Of a DNA stretch of 37,818 nt, positions 9,879-18,473 are shown piece by piece. The DNA lies in NCBI GenBank assembly GCA_043813075.1, contig JBDRLL010000037.1, forward strand, positions 1-37,818. Reading direction: 5' to 3'. The stretch's first letter is position 1; each line of letters starts with the position of its first letter. The translations under genes were made by a program, and so were the position numbers. Under the pieces are notes generated by a model that saw only the letters and a list, made by a program, of their open reading frames with translations, was not told the origin of the DNA and made no database searches. This DNA is from Candidatus Altiarchaeota archaeon. GTDB lineage: Archaea; Altiarchaeota; Altiarchaeia; IMC4; SCGC-AAA252-I15.

Positions 9879-10472
9879 ATGGCAGAGAGGTTCTACAGAG
9901 TCAAGGAGGAAGTGCGCATACTGGGCCTGGACGACGGCCCGTTCAGCAGGGGTGATGAGGAAGTCATAGTCGTCGGCACCGTATTTCGCGGAGGCGCGTG
10001 GATGGACGGCGTCCTCTCAACGCGTGTGAGCGTCGACGGTCTTGACTCCACAGACCGTATCATCGAACTCGTCAACAACTGCAGGTTCAAGGACATCCGC
10101 GTCATAATGCTGGACGGCCTCGGGTTCGCAGGCTTTAACCTGGTTGACATACAGCGGCTTAACAGTGAGACCGGGCTTCCTGTTATCGTTGTGACCAGGG
10201 ATATGCCGGACTTCAAGGAGATTAATTCCGCGCTGGATAACCTGCCTGACAAGAGTGAAAGATGGGGTTGCGTTGAAAAAGCCGGCGACCCGGTTGGAGT
10301 CGAGACAAGGAATGGGGGAAGCGTATTCATCCAATATTCTGGGATACATCTAGAAGACGCTAAGGCAATAGTGAAACTGTCCTCAACAAGGAGCCTGCTT
10401 CCAGAACCCATACGGGTGGCCCACCTTATCGCTCAGGGAATAGTCCTGGGTCAGTCAAGGGGCAAGGCCTAG
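9879..10472 (+). CDS. DUF99/UPF0215 family protein (endonuclease V-like, RNase H fold)
   Basis: ILGLDDGPF, VDGLDST, IMLDGLGFAGFN, LPEPIRVAHLIA. Confidence 0.9.
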   Translation: MAERFYRVKEEVRILGLDDGPFSRGDEEVIVVGTVFRGGAWMDGVLSTRVSVDGLDSTDRIIELVNNCRFKDIRVIMLDGLGFAGFNLVDIQRLNSETGLPVIVVTRDMPDFKEINSALDNLPDKSERWGCVEKAGDPVGVETRNGGSVFIQYSGIHLEDAKAIVKLSSTRSLLPEPIRVAHLIAQGIVLGQSRGKA

Positions 10473-11668
10473 CCCTTATCCCCCGCCTCACCGAGCTTCG
10501 AGCCCTTCCTCTTCTGCATTATGGATGATTCACCACCCTTCTTCTTCAGCGGTTCCGGACCAGCCTGAGGCTTATAGTCTATTAACTCCTGGACTGGCTC
10601 CTCCACCTGCTTCTTCTTCTTTTTACCCGGAGTCCCTAGGGTCGAGTCCCCCCCCTTACCCGGGAATTCCTCCTTCCCTCCGATCTCGCCAAGGCTTCTT
10701 ATCCTCTCCCTCGGCGGTCTGGATGGTTTTCCGGCGTATTCATTGGCTTTTATCAGATAGCCCACGTATGATATTGCGGCTATTATAAGGACGGCCACTA
10801 TTATCATCCAAGATTTTACCCCTGATTCGGACTCCACAGTCTCCTTATTCACTGGCATGGTTGTGGTGGTCGTCACGATGACTGGTATTGTGGTGGGCGG
10901 CGGGGGTGGTATGAAAACTGTTGTGGGCGGGGCAGGCAGCGTGGTTGTGGTGGTCTCCAATGGCAGCGGCTTTATGCTCTCCCCAGTGGAGGTCAGATTC
11001 CTTACTATGTCCTCTATCGTCTCGCTGGATGACCCGAACTGCTGTATGTACTTAACCGATTTAGTCCTTCCAGCCAACTGGTGCTCGTAATCGAACGCAC
11101 ACATCTGCGACACGCTCCAGATGCCGCCCCTCGCTATGTTCTCGTCAGTCTTCTCCTCAAGTATCCTGTTGCAGTCCGGGTTCTCGTTCTTCACCCAGTT
11201 GAACGGGTTGTATGACTCCGCCAGGTAGGCTGATCCTATGCAAAAGAGGTATATCCTGTTGCAGTCTACGCCCACAGGGTTGCCTGCCAAGCCCATCCAA
11301 TAGTTTGCCCTGTCTCTTGCAGTGGTCTCTTCCTCGCACAAGTATACGTGTTCCTTAACGTTTCTTATGATGCACCTATCCTGCGCCATCGGCACTAGCG
11401 GCTCATTCAATAGCACGTCTGGTATCTCAGCGGGGTGTATCGTCGGCATGCTGTTGCATTCCTCCTCGCTCTTACCGCTTCTAATGCATAACTCCACCTG
11501 CATCCCACGGTTCCCTGGAGTCAGACACCTTTCAACAGCCTCAACACCCCATACCCGTTCAACAACGCTGTTGCATATGTATCTCTGGGTGTTAACGCTC
11601 CATGCTGAAGCATTCTGGGCGAGGATTAGCGTAGCAATCAGTATTAGCGTATTCTTCCAATGGCTCAT
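10469..11668 (-). CDS. Secreted, membrane-anchored protein; degenerate phospholipase C/P1-nuclease-like N-terminal domain, Thr/Pro stalk, TM helix, basic cytoplasmic tail
   Basis: Signal peptide ending ASA/W; Cys-rich ~210-aa domain; TTTTTLPAPPTT..PPPPP linker; WMIIVAVLIIAAISYVGYLI TM helix. Confidence 0.65.
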   Translation of the reverse strand: MSHWKNTLILIATLILAQNASAWSVNTQRYICNSVVERVWGVEAVERCLTPGNRGMQVELCIRSGKSEEECNSMPTIHPAEIPDVLLNEPLVPMAQDRCIIRNVKEHVYLCEEETTARDRANYWMGLAGNPVGVDCNRIYLFCIGSAYLAESYNPFNWVKNENPDCNRILEEKTDENIARGGIWSVSQMCAFDYEHQLAGRTKSVKYIQQFGSSSETIEDIVRNLTSTGESIKPLPLETTTTTLPAPPTTVFIPPPPPTTIPVIVTTTTTMPVNKETVESESGVKSWMIIVAVLIIAAISYVGYLIKANEYAGKPSRPPRERIRSLGEIGGKEEFPGKGGDSTLGTPGKKKKKQVEEPVQELIDYKPQAGPEPLKKKGGESSIMQKRKGSKLGEAGDKG

Positions 11669-11697
11669 CGTTAAATCTATTTGAACTTGTTTAAAAT

Positions 11698-11710
11698 AAA
11701 AAGAAAAAAA
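11698..11710 (-). terminator. Putative oligo(T) archaeal terminator after the Cys-rich gene
   Basis: TTTTTTTCTTTTT on the minus strand ~18 nt after the stop at 11729. Confidence 0.4.
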
Positions 11711-11728
11711 TGGTTTGTAAGGCAGTTT

Positions 11729-13537
11729 CTATAGTCCTGCCTTACATTGTGCTAGTGGCGTGTTGCAGTCTATCAACGCTGGATTCTGGTTCGGGCAGTT
11801 CAGGCAGTCCCTCGAGTCGACGTCTATGCAGCAGCAGTATTCCCCGTTCTTCTCGGGATACCACGCGTATTCCCCGCATACAGCCTTGCAGTTGCCCTTC
11901 AGCGCGTTCATTTGCTTCTTCATCTCCGCGTCGCAGTCTGCCTGTGTAGCGCCTCCACCAAGGTTCACGTTCACGTCAGGGAAGTTGCCCTGATCGTCGC
12001 AGAAGTCGTCGCAGTCCGGGTAGCAGAGGCAGTCGAACGGGTCGCACACCAGGTATTTCGCGCCGCTTCCGCTGTGCGTGTCCTGGCATGTTTGTGTCGC
12101 GCCCACCTCGCATTCCTCGCCGAGGCTGAGTATGCCGTCGCCGCATTCCGGCTCATAGCACCTGTAGCAGTCCTTGTACTTCGACTGAGGCTCGTGCAGC
12201 TTAACCTGCCTGCATAACTCTACCTGGCATTTCGCGTCGCATCCCTGGAACCTGTAGTAGTCAACGCCATTAGTGTCCTCAGGGCATACTTCAACGCAGT
12301 GGTAGCATCCGTCACAGCTGTCGTGTTCCACGCATTCCTCGTGCTGGGTGTCGCAGCCGCCGCATACGGAGCTGGTGCCCCATCCCGCACCCAGTTTCCC
12401 GCAGTCCTTCACGCACCTGTAGCATGGTAGTCCCGTAATCTGCTCGCACTTCTCGCATGAAGCATCGCAGTTGTTGTCGCAGTTGTTGGTGTTATAAACC
12501 CCAGTACCCTGACAACTGACTATCACCACAGTAGTGGTTACCCTTACAGTGGTTGTCGTCGCCCCCGCCTGCGTCGTGGTCGTCGCCCCCGCCTGCGTTG
12601 TCGTCGGAGTGCTCGGGCATTGCGCGTCCATCAAGCACTCGTTAGTGCCTGACCCCTCTATCTTCACGCAGGCGCCGTTCTGACATTCATAATGGTACTC
12701 CCATTCCACGCAGTTCAGGTCAGTGTCACACTCATTTGTTCCGGGCGAAAGCTTCATTACGCACTGGTCGTTCTCACAAACGTTGTGGTAGCATTCAGAG
12801 CTCTTAGTGCAGTTCGGCCCGCTGTCAACGTCGAACCTGCACTGGCCGCTCATGCAGTGTCCTACTGCGACTTCAAAGCAGCTGAAGTCGTCGGTACACG
12901 TGTCTTCACCAGGGCTTAGTACTGTCTCGCACTTGGATGGCATTCCCTGCGTGTGGACGCATTCCTTGTGCTTGCACTGGCTGTTGCTGACGCATTCGTC
13001 CTGTCCCTCGCCTTTCACGTCCTTGCATACTCCGTCCATGCATGCTTTGTGCGTTGCCTTGCTCTCGCATTGGGAGTCTATCTGGCATGCGCTTGCCCCC
13101 GGCTCCATGACTTCAACGCATTTCTGGCTTGCGCACTCGTTGTGCCTGCATTCCTTGTCCCTGGCGCACTTGTCCTCTCCCTTTCCTGCGACTTCCTTGC
13201 AGTATCCTTTCAGACACTCCATGTGCGTGTCCTTCTTTGGTTGGGTGGTCTCAGTCTTTAGTGTTGTCGTCGGGGCTTTTGTCGTAGTAGTCTCCTCGTC
13301 TTTGTCGCAGATTCGGTTGCTGTTCTTGTCCAGACAGCAGGTGTTGCCTGTTTTGATGTATGGCGGGTTGCAGACGACTTTCGGCTGTGTTGTCGTCGTA
13401 GTCCCCTCGTCGCTTGAACCTCCGAAGAGGCTTGATATCCAGTCGAAGAGTCCTGACAAGGAAAAAGCAGATGCTGTTCCAGAAGCCAGCACCAGTACTG
13501 TAAATATTGCTAGCGTATGTATTGTTCTTTTATCCAT
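11729..13537 (-). CDS. Secreted cysteine-rich repeat protein
   Basis: Start set at ATG 13537 behind GGGGGTGGT. Signal peptide ending ASA/F; CNPPYI..CCLDxNxNxICD module; seven ~27-aa four-Cys repeats; three CYxC-ending repeats; CGDG..GEECE module. Confidence 0.8.
   Translation of the reverse strand: MDKRTIHTLAIFTVLVLASGTASAFSLSGLFDWISSLFGGSSDEGTTTTTQPKVVCNPPYIKTGNTCCLDKNSNRICDKDEETTTTKAPTTTLKTETTQPKKDTHMECLKGYCKEVAGKGEDKCARDKECRHNECASQKCVEVMEPGASACQIDSQCESKATHKACMDGVCKDVKGEGQDECVSNSQCKHKECVHTQGMPSKCETVLSPGEDTCTDDFSCFEVAVGHCMSGQCRFDVDSGPNCTKSSECYHNVCENDQCVMKLSPGTNECDTDLNCVEWEYHYECQNGACVKIEGSGTNECLMDAQCPSTPTTTQAGATTTTQAGATTTTVRVTTTVVIVSCQGTGVYNTNNCDNNCDASCEKCEQITGLPCYRCVKDCGKLGAGWGTSSVCGGCDTQHEECVEHDSCDGCYHCVEVCPEDTNGVDYYRFQGCDAKCQVELCRQVKLHEPQSKYKDCYRCYEPECGDGILSLGEECEVGATQTCQDTHSGSGAKYLVCDPFDCLCYPDCDDFCDDQGNFPDVNVNLGGGATQADCDAEMKKQMNALKGNCKAVCGEYAWYPEKNGEYCCCIDVDSRDCLNCPNQNPALIDCNTPLAQCKAGL
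12555..12602. repeat. 24-bp tandem repeat (2 copies) encoding TTTQAGAT in a linker
   Basis: gtcgtcgcccccgcctgcgt at 12555 and 12579; 22/24 identical. Confidence 0.9.
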
Positions 13538-13605
13538 GAAACCACCCCCTGTTTTATGGTATCTCATTAAATTCTACCAAATAAAAACACTCTAGTGGTG
13601 GGCAT

Positions 13606-14631
13606 TCATAGGCTTGCGAATATCATGTCTGCGCTAAACTCCGAACCAAGAAGGTCCCTTATCTTATCCGCGTCTATGCCGCCTTTTTTAGCGGCTTCCA
13701 CAATCCTGTCATCACCAGCATCCCGGCTTTGCACGTATTCCCTCACCTGGGTCCTCAATATCCTCTGCTCTTCCGCGTCCCCAGTCAAACCTATTATCGC
13801 CATCTTCTTTTTGAATTCGGGATCCATCTTAGCAAGGCTCTCCTCCAGGATTGGCGTCTTATCCTCACCTATATTCGAGAAATACTTTATCTCCTCTGTC
13901 GCCTCCCTATCGTTCATCTCATACTCCATGGCTTCAATATCCCTGATCCTTGACATCTCCCTGTTTGTTATGGTCTGTATTATGTCTGCGGCAAGCTCCT
14001 TGTCCGACCCAGACCTCACGATATTCTTTTTGTCGCCCTTCAGCTGGTTTGTGTACTCCACGAATATGTTTGCAAAGTCCTCTATCACCACTGGGTCGAG
14101 TTTCGGTTCCCCAACCCTCACGGTAACAGTCTTCCTCGCCATCACAGTCTCCCTCACGCCATCATCAAGCCCCTCAATATTCCGAGCCTGGCTGATGACT
14201 TCCTCAACCGGTCCGGAAGCCTTTATCCTCATCAAACCCTCCTTCCTCGCGTCTCCAATAATCCTGTCTTCAGATTCTTCGGTGCTCGAGGCGGCCCTAG
14301 TCCTATACATGCTCGCCCGTTCAACCACCATGACGTCCTCCTCATAGTATTCCACCGGTTCTTCCTCCTCCCCTGTGGGAAGCTGGTTCACAGTCCTCAA
14401 CTGGCCTATCTTCCTCCCGACCTCAGTACTGTTGTCTTCCCCGCCGGTAGCGTAATCTGTTATGATGCCTCCAGTGAGGTTTATTATGCCCAGCACGGGA
14501 TTGCTTATCCTTTCCGCCAGGCTTTCCCCGCCACTATTCCCTGATTTTCCCTGCGCGCCTTCAGCACCAACAGATGAAGCCAGTGCTATGACCGTCAAGA
14601 CCGCCACCATGGCTAGCATCCTCGCCCTCAT
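13606..14631 (-). CDS. Hypothetical secreted, acidic helical protein
   Basis: From ATG 14631: MRARMLAMVAVLTVIALASSVGA signal peptide followed by E/K/R-rich sequence. The ORF-track start overlaps the upstream gene. Confidence 0.7.
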   Translation of the reverse strand: MRARMLAMVAVLTVIALASSVGAEGAQGKSGNSGGESLAERISNPVLGIINLTGGIITDYATGGEDNSTEVGRKIGQLRTVNQLPTGEEEEPVEYYEEDVMVVERASMYRTRAASSTEESEDRIIGDARKEGLMRIKASGPVEEVISQARNIEGLDDGVRETVMARKTVTVRVGEPKLDPVVIEDFANIFVEYTNQLKGDKKNIVRSGSDKELAADIIQTITNREMSRIRDIEAMEYEMNDREATEEIKYFSNIGEDKTPILEESLAKMDPEFKKKMAIIGLTGDAEEQRILRTQVREYVQSRDAGDDRIVEAAKKGGIDADKIRDLLGSEFSADMIFASL

Positions 14632-14696
14632 TGTTTCATAGTAAATGCATGAATGGTATTTAAACCCCCCACTGAACGATTTTGAACAATGTTGAA

Positions 14697-15572
14697 TCAT
14701 AGTTTTTTGAACCATTCCGTCAACTCCACGTAATGGGTCGTATCCTCCCTGTTCACGCTTATAACACCCTTCCTCTCCAGGTTGTTCAATGCGACGGCGA
14801 GACTGGACTTTGATATGCCTGAAGACCGTTCAAGATTGCTCCTCCTCATGCCACCACCCTTCTTCAGCAAGACGTCGACAACCTTGTACTCGTTCCCTGA
14901 CATCGTCTTCATGACGTTGGCCATGCCCTGGCTGAGCCTGGTTTTACCCCCGTATCTCATTATGAACATTATCCCGCTAACCATCAAGAGCAGGAATACT
15001 GCCATAAGCGTTATGGTGCCCACCAGCCCTGAGACGAACGAGCCCTCCTCCCTTGCTAGTGTTGTCGTAGTCGCCTGCGGGTTCACAGTCGTCGTTGTAG
15101 AATCCGTCTTAGGATAGTTGTACGCCACCATCAGTCGGTTGGTGTTGTCCCACATCATGTTTTTGGAATCATTGGAGTCCATAATCCTACCTACCGGACT
15201 GCTGTCCCTCACTAGCGCGTTGGATGGCAGCGATAGAAGCACTGACGAGCCGTTCAGAACCGGGAGCTCTGACTCCACAACCCACATCTCCCCATCCTTT
15301 GAAGTGAGCAGGGTCGTCTTGTAGGCTATCGTTGCGGTATCCTTCTCAGTCATCGACACCTCTATCCCGCTGGCGGACTGTATGTACAGGCAACCCCTCA
15401 CAACCGGGTCGTGGACGTCCAGGGGCAGTGGGACGTCAACCGTCCCCGCACCCTCAAGAACCATTATGACGAAAGCATTCCCGTTCTCGCTGACAACAAT
15501 ATTAACGCTACCAGACGTTGCTGAGACGCTGGAAGCCATCAACAACACTAGGATAAAGGCCTTAACATCCAT
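14697..15572 (-). CDS. Membrane-anchored winged-helix transcriptional regulator (COG2512-like)
   Basis: Signal peptide, beta-rich external domain, Thr linker, TM helix, then MSGNEYKVVDVL...RSNLERSSGISKSSLAVALNNLERKGVI wHTH. Confidence 0.8.
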   Translation of the reverse strand: MDVKAFILVLLMASSVSATSGSVNIVVSENGNAFVIMVLEGAGTVDVPLPLDVHDPVVRGCLYIQSASGIEVSMTEKDTATIAYKTTLLTSKDGEMWVVESELPVLNGSSVLLSLPSNALVRDSSPVGRIMDSNDSKNMMWDNTNRLMVAYNYPKTDSTTTTVNPQATTTTLAREEGSFVSGLVGTITLMAVFLLLMVSGIMFIMRYGGKTRLSQGMANVMKTMSGNEYKVVDVLLKKGGGMRRSNLERSSGISKSSLAVALNNLERKGVISVNREDTTHYVELTEWFKKL

Positions 15573-15625
15573 ACCTGTAATAATTTCAATGTCCTAATAT
15601 AAAGACCAATATATAATACGCTCAG

Positions 15626-16471
15626 ATGGAACCAAGGATTTCGCTCATAGTCTGCTCAAAGAATCGTTCCGGAAAGCTGTCCGGATTCCTGGATTCGATA
15701 AATCCCGAGGATATGAACGAAGTCCGAGGAGAGCTGGTCCTGGTTGATAATAATTCAGCAGACGACACCTTATCTGTGATGAACTCCTTCAAGGAAAAAG
15801 CATCATTCCCTGTCAAGGTCGTGTCTGAGGAAAAGGCTGGTCTGGGGGCAGCCAGGAACACTGGCTTAAAGGCTGCTGGAGGAGGCATCCTCGCCTTCAC
15901 AGACGATGACTGCCGTCTGGCAGACGATTATCTTAAGAAGGTGGTGAAAGTCTTCGAGTCCGGCGAATTCCAGTACTGTGGGGGTAGCGTGCTGGTCCCA
16001 GACCCTAGTGACGCTAAATACAGTCTAAAGGAGGGGACGTCATTCCTCATCATACCACCGCGTACTTTCATAGGCCCTGGCGCGATAATCGGGGCGAACA
16101 TGGTCTTCCTCAGGGAGGTCGTGGATACGGTGGGTTTGTTCGACCCCCTGTTTGGTGCAGGCTCCATGTTCCGTGGCGAGGACATTGAATACATTGCACG
16201 TGTGGGGATGGCAGGATTTACGGGCGCGTTCATACCTGAACTTGTGGTATACCATTACCACGGACGCCGGCAGGGTTCGGACGAGCTGGCTAAGATAATC
16301 AGTGACAATGATTTTGGCCGTGGAGCATGTTACATGAAGATGATAGCATCAGGATACTTTCGTTATCTGCTCGCCTGGGTTTACTTTATATTGTTGTCTT
16401 TCCGTCCGAGGGTTTTCTGGAATGAACTCAGGGGTGCTCTAGCCTACCTTAAACTCCGTATTTTCGGGTAA
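15626..16471 (+). CDS. Family 2 glycosyltransferase, copy A
   Basis: ISLIVCSKNR, VDNNSADDT, ARNTG, FTDDDC (DxD), GED; 281 aa. Confidence 0.92.
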   Translation: MEPRISLIVCSKNRSGKLSGFLDSINPEDMNEVRGELVLVDNNSADDTLSVMNSFKEKASFPVKVVSEEKAGLGAARNTGLKAAGGGILAFTDDDCRLADDYLKKVVKVFESGEFQYCGGSVLVPDPSDAKYSLKEGTSFLIIPPRTFIGPGAIIGANMVFLREVVDTVGLFDPLFGAGSMFRGEDIEYIARVGMAGFTGAFIPELVVYHYHGRRQGSDELAKIISDNDFGRGACYMKMIASGYFRYLLAWVYFILLSFRPRVFWNELRGALAYLKLRIFG

Positions 16472-16559
16472 TCCTCTTGGACACCCCATCCTCTGCGGCG
16501 TATCCTGTCACGTATTCCGCAGGAGTCACGTCAAAAGCCTGGTTATAGCATTTGGACTC
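16440..16559. repeat. 120-bp direct repeat, copy 1 (GT2 3' end + mtnA 3' end)
   Basis: 118/120 identical to 17442-17561; differences at 16496 and 16498; offset 1002 bp. Confidence 0.97.
16449..16559 (-). pseudogene. Orphan duplicate of the last 36 codons + stop of mtnA
   Basis: Translates ESKCYNQAFDVTPAEYVTGYAAEDGVSKRITRKYGV* versus ...GYVTEDG... in intact mtnA. Confidence 0.9.
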
Positions 16560-16627
16560 ATTGGAGGCAGTCAACGGCAGTAGGAACTGTCCTAATTAAA
16601 AAGACAGTATTGCATTACTTATTCTAT

Positions 16628-17473
16628 ATGAAACCGAAGATCTCAATCATAATCTGCTCGAGGAACCGTTCACGAATGCTAAGAGATTCCCTGGCGTCAT
16701 TAAGTCCTGATGAGATGAATGCGGTTCACGCAGAGCTAGTCTTGGTTGACAACAATTCAGAAGACGACACAACATCAGTGATGAACTCTTTCAAGGAAAA
16801 AGCACCATTCCCCGTTAAGGTCCTTTCAGAAGAAAAAATTGGGGTGAGTAACGCCAAGAATACCGGGCTAAAGGCTGCTGAAGGTGACATAATCGTCCTT
16901 ACGGACGATGACTGCCATCTAGCCGACGACTACTTGCGGACCGTAGTGAAAGTCTTTGAGACAGGAAGATTCCAGTACTGCGGTGGAAGCGTGTTTGTAG
17001 TGAATCCTAGTGCTGACAGATACACTTCACGGGAAAACAATCCCCCCCTTATAATACCACCAAATACATTTATCGGTCCAGGCGCCATAATAGGCCTGAA
17101 TTTTGTCTTCCTAAGGTGTGTCCTAGAAAAGGTGGGGTTATTCGACCCATTGTTGGGGCCAGGCTCACTGTTCCGTGCCGAGGACCTCGATTATGTGGCA
17201 CGCGCAGGCATGGCAGGCTTCACAGGAGCCTTCGTGCCGGAACTAATCGTATACCACTATCACAATCGCAAACCGGGTTCAGATGAAATGGTTAAAATAC
17301 TCTATGACAACGATTTTGGTCGTGGAGCGCATTACGTGAAGATGGCTCTGATGGGATATCCCCGTTATCTCCTCGGATGGGCTTACCTCACCCTCTTCGC
17401 ATTTAACCGGAAGCGTGTTTTTACCGAGATTAAGGGCGCGTTAGCCTACCTTAAACTCCGTATTTTCGGGTAA
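16628..17473 (+). CDS. Family 2 glycosyltransferase, copy B
   Basis: ATG 16628 gives 281 aa, collinear with copy A (~186/281 identical by hand); LTDDDC, AED motifs. Confidence 0.92.
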   Translation: MKPKISIIICSRNRSRMLRDSLASLSPDEMNAVHAELVLVDNNSEDDTTSVMNSFKEKAPFPVKVLSEEKIGVSNAKNTGLKAAEGDIIVLTDDDCHLADDYLRTVVKVFETGRFQYCGGSVFVVNPSADRYTSRENNPPLIIPPNTFIGPGAIIGLNFVFLRCVLEKVGLFDPLLGPGSLFRAEDLDYVARAGMAGFTGAFVPELIVYHYHNRKPGSDEMVKILYDNDFGRGAHYVKMALMGYPRYLLGWAYLTLFAFNRKRVFTEIKGALAYLKLRIFG

Positions 17474-17561
17474 TCCTCTTGGACACCCCATCCTCTGTGA
17501 CGTATCCTGTCACGTATTCCGCAGGAGTCACGTCAAAAGCCTGGTTATAGCATTTGGACTC
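17442..17561. repeat. 120-bp direct repeat, copy 2
   Basis: Matches 16440-16559; spans the 23-bp convergent overlap of GT2-B and mtnA. Confidence 0.97.
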
Positions 17562-18473
17562 CCGTGGCGCGACGCGTATCCTCATAATCACACCCTCCTC
17601 GCTGAACCCCCACATGCCTGACACCTCCGACTCATCGCGCTCCTCGATTGGTATGTCTTTCCCAGATTCAAGGTCGTAGTGTATGGTGCTGGATGGCGCT
17701 GCCACGTAGAATGGTATGCTGTTCTCCCTTGCGAGCACTGCCTTAGTGTATGTGCCTATCTTGTTGGCGACGTCCCCGTTGCCCGCTATCCTGTCTGCCC
17801 CGACTATCACCATGTCCACCCTTCCCTGACGCATTAGGCTGCCCGCAACATTATCCGCTATCACAGTATGGTTCACATCCTCCTGCACCAGCTCCCACGC
17901 CGTCAGCCGTGCTCCCTGGCACCTTGGCCTCGTCTCGTCAACCCAGACGTGGAAGTCCACCCCATTGTTCTTAGCCACCCGGAATGGCGCGAGTGCGGTG
18001 CCCCAGTCCACGCACCCGAGGGCTCCTGCATTGCAGTGCGTGAGCACATTCATACCCTCTTTTATCAACCCTCCCCCATGTTCCCCGATCATCCTGCACC
18101 GCTCCGCGGATTCACTAGCGTACTTCTCAGACACTTCAACCGCGTTCCCGCCATCGTAGTTCCCCTCAAAATAATCCAGTGCGTGGAACAGGTCGTAGGC
18201 GGTGGGCCGCGTTGACGCCAGCATGCCCTTCGCCTCACCCAGATTAAAGTCCGTCAGTGCGGCGATAGCCATGCCGTAGCATCCGGTCGCGCCGATTGCC
18301 GGCGCACCCCTCACAATCATCGTCTTGATGGCTTCCGCGACTTCCGGGACCGTCCTGCACTCGTGTATCCTGAACTCGTGCGGCAGCCTGGGCTGGTCAA
18401 TCATCTTCAACACGCCGTCGTCCATCCAGAGGGTCTTGTAATCCTCTGTCCCATTGTCCGTCTTTACCTTCAT
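17451..18473 (-). CDS. mtnA: S-methyl-5-thioribose-1-phosphate isomerase (eIF2B-like family)
   Basis: IDQPRLP, MIVRGAPAIG, TRPTA, THCNAGAL, DETRP..QGARLTAWEL, GADRIA..GDVANKIGT, AFDVTP. Confidence 0.92.
   Translation of the reverse strand: MKVKTDNGTEDYKTLWMDDGVLKMIDQPRLPHEFRIHECRTVPEVAEAIKTMIVRGAPAIGATGCYGMAIAALTDFNLGEAKGMLASTRPTAYDLFHALDYFEGNYDGGNAVEVSEKYASESAERCRMIGEHGGGLIKEGMNVLTHCNAGALGCVDWGTALAPFRVAKNNGVDFHVWVDETRPRCQGARLTAWELVQEDVNHTVIADNVAGSLMRQGRVDMVIVGADRIAGNGDVANKIGTYTKAVLARENSIPFYVAAPSSTIHYDLESGKDIPIEERDESEVSGMWGFSEEGVIMRIRVAPRESKCYNQAFDVTPAEYVTGYVTEDGVSKRITRKYGV

Noticed and set aside
11729-13537. Cys/His-rich protein as a multiheme cytochrome
   Set aside because: No CxxCH motifs; His follows as CxH or CxxCxH and Cys spacing fits disulfide repeats.
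16440-17561. 120-bp repeat pair as a DGR template/variable repeat
   Set aside because: Only two mismatches, not both at adenines of one strand, and no reverse transcriptase in the window.
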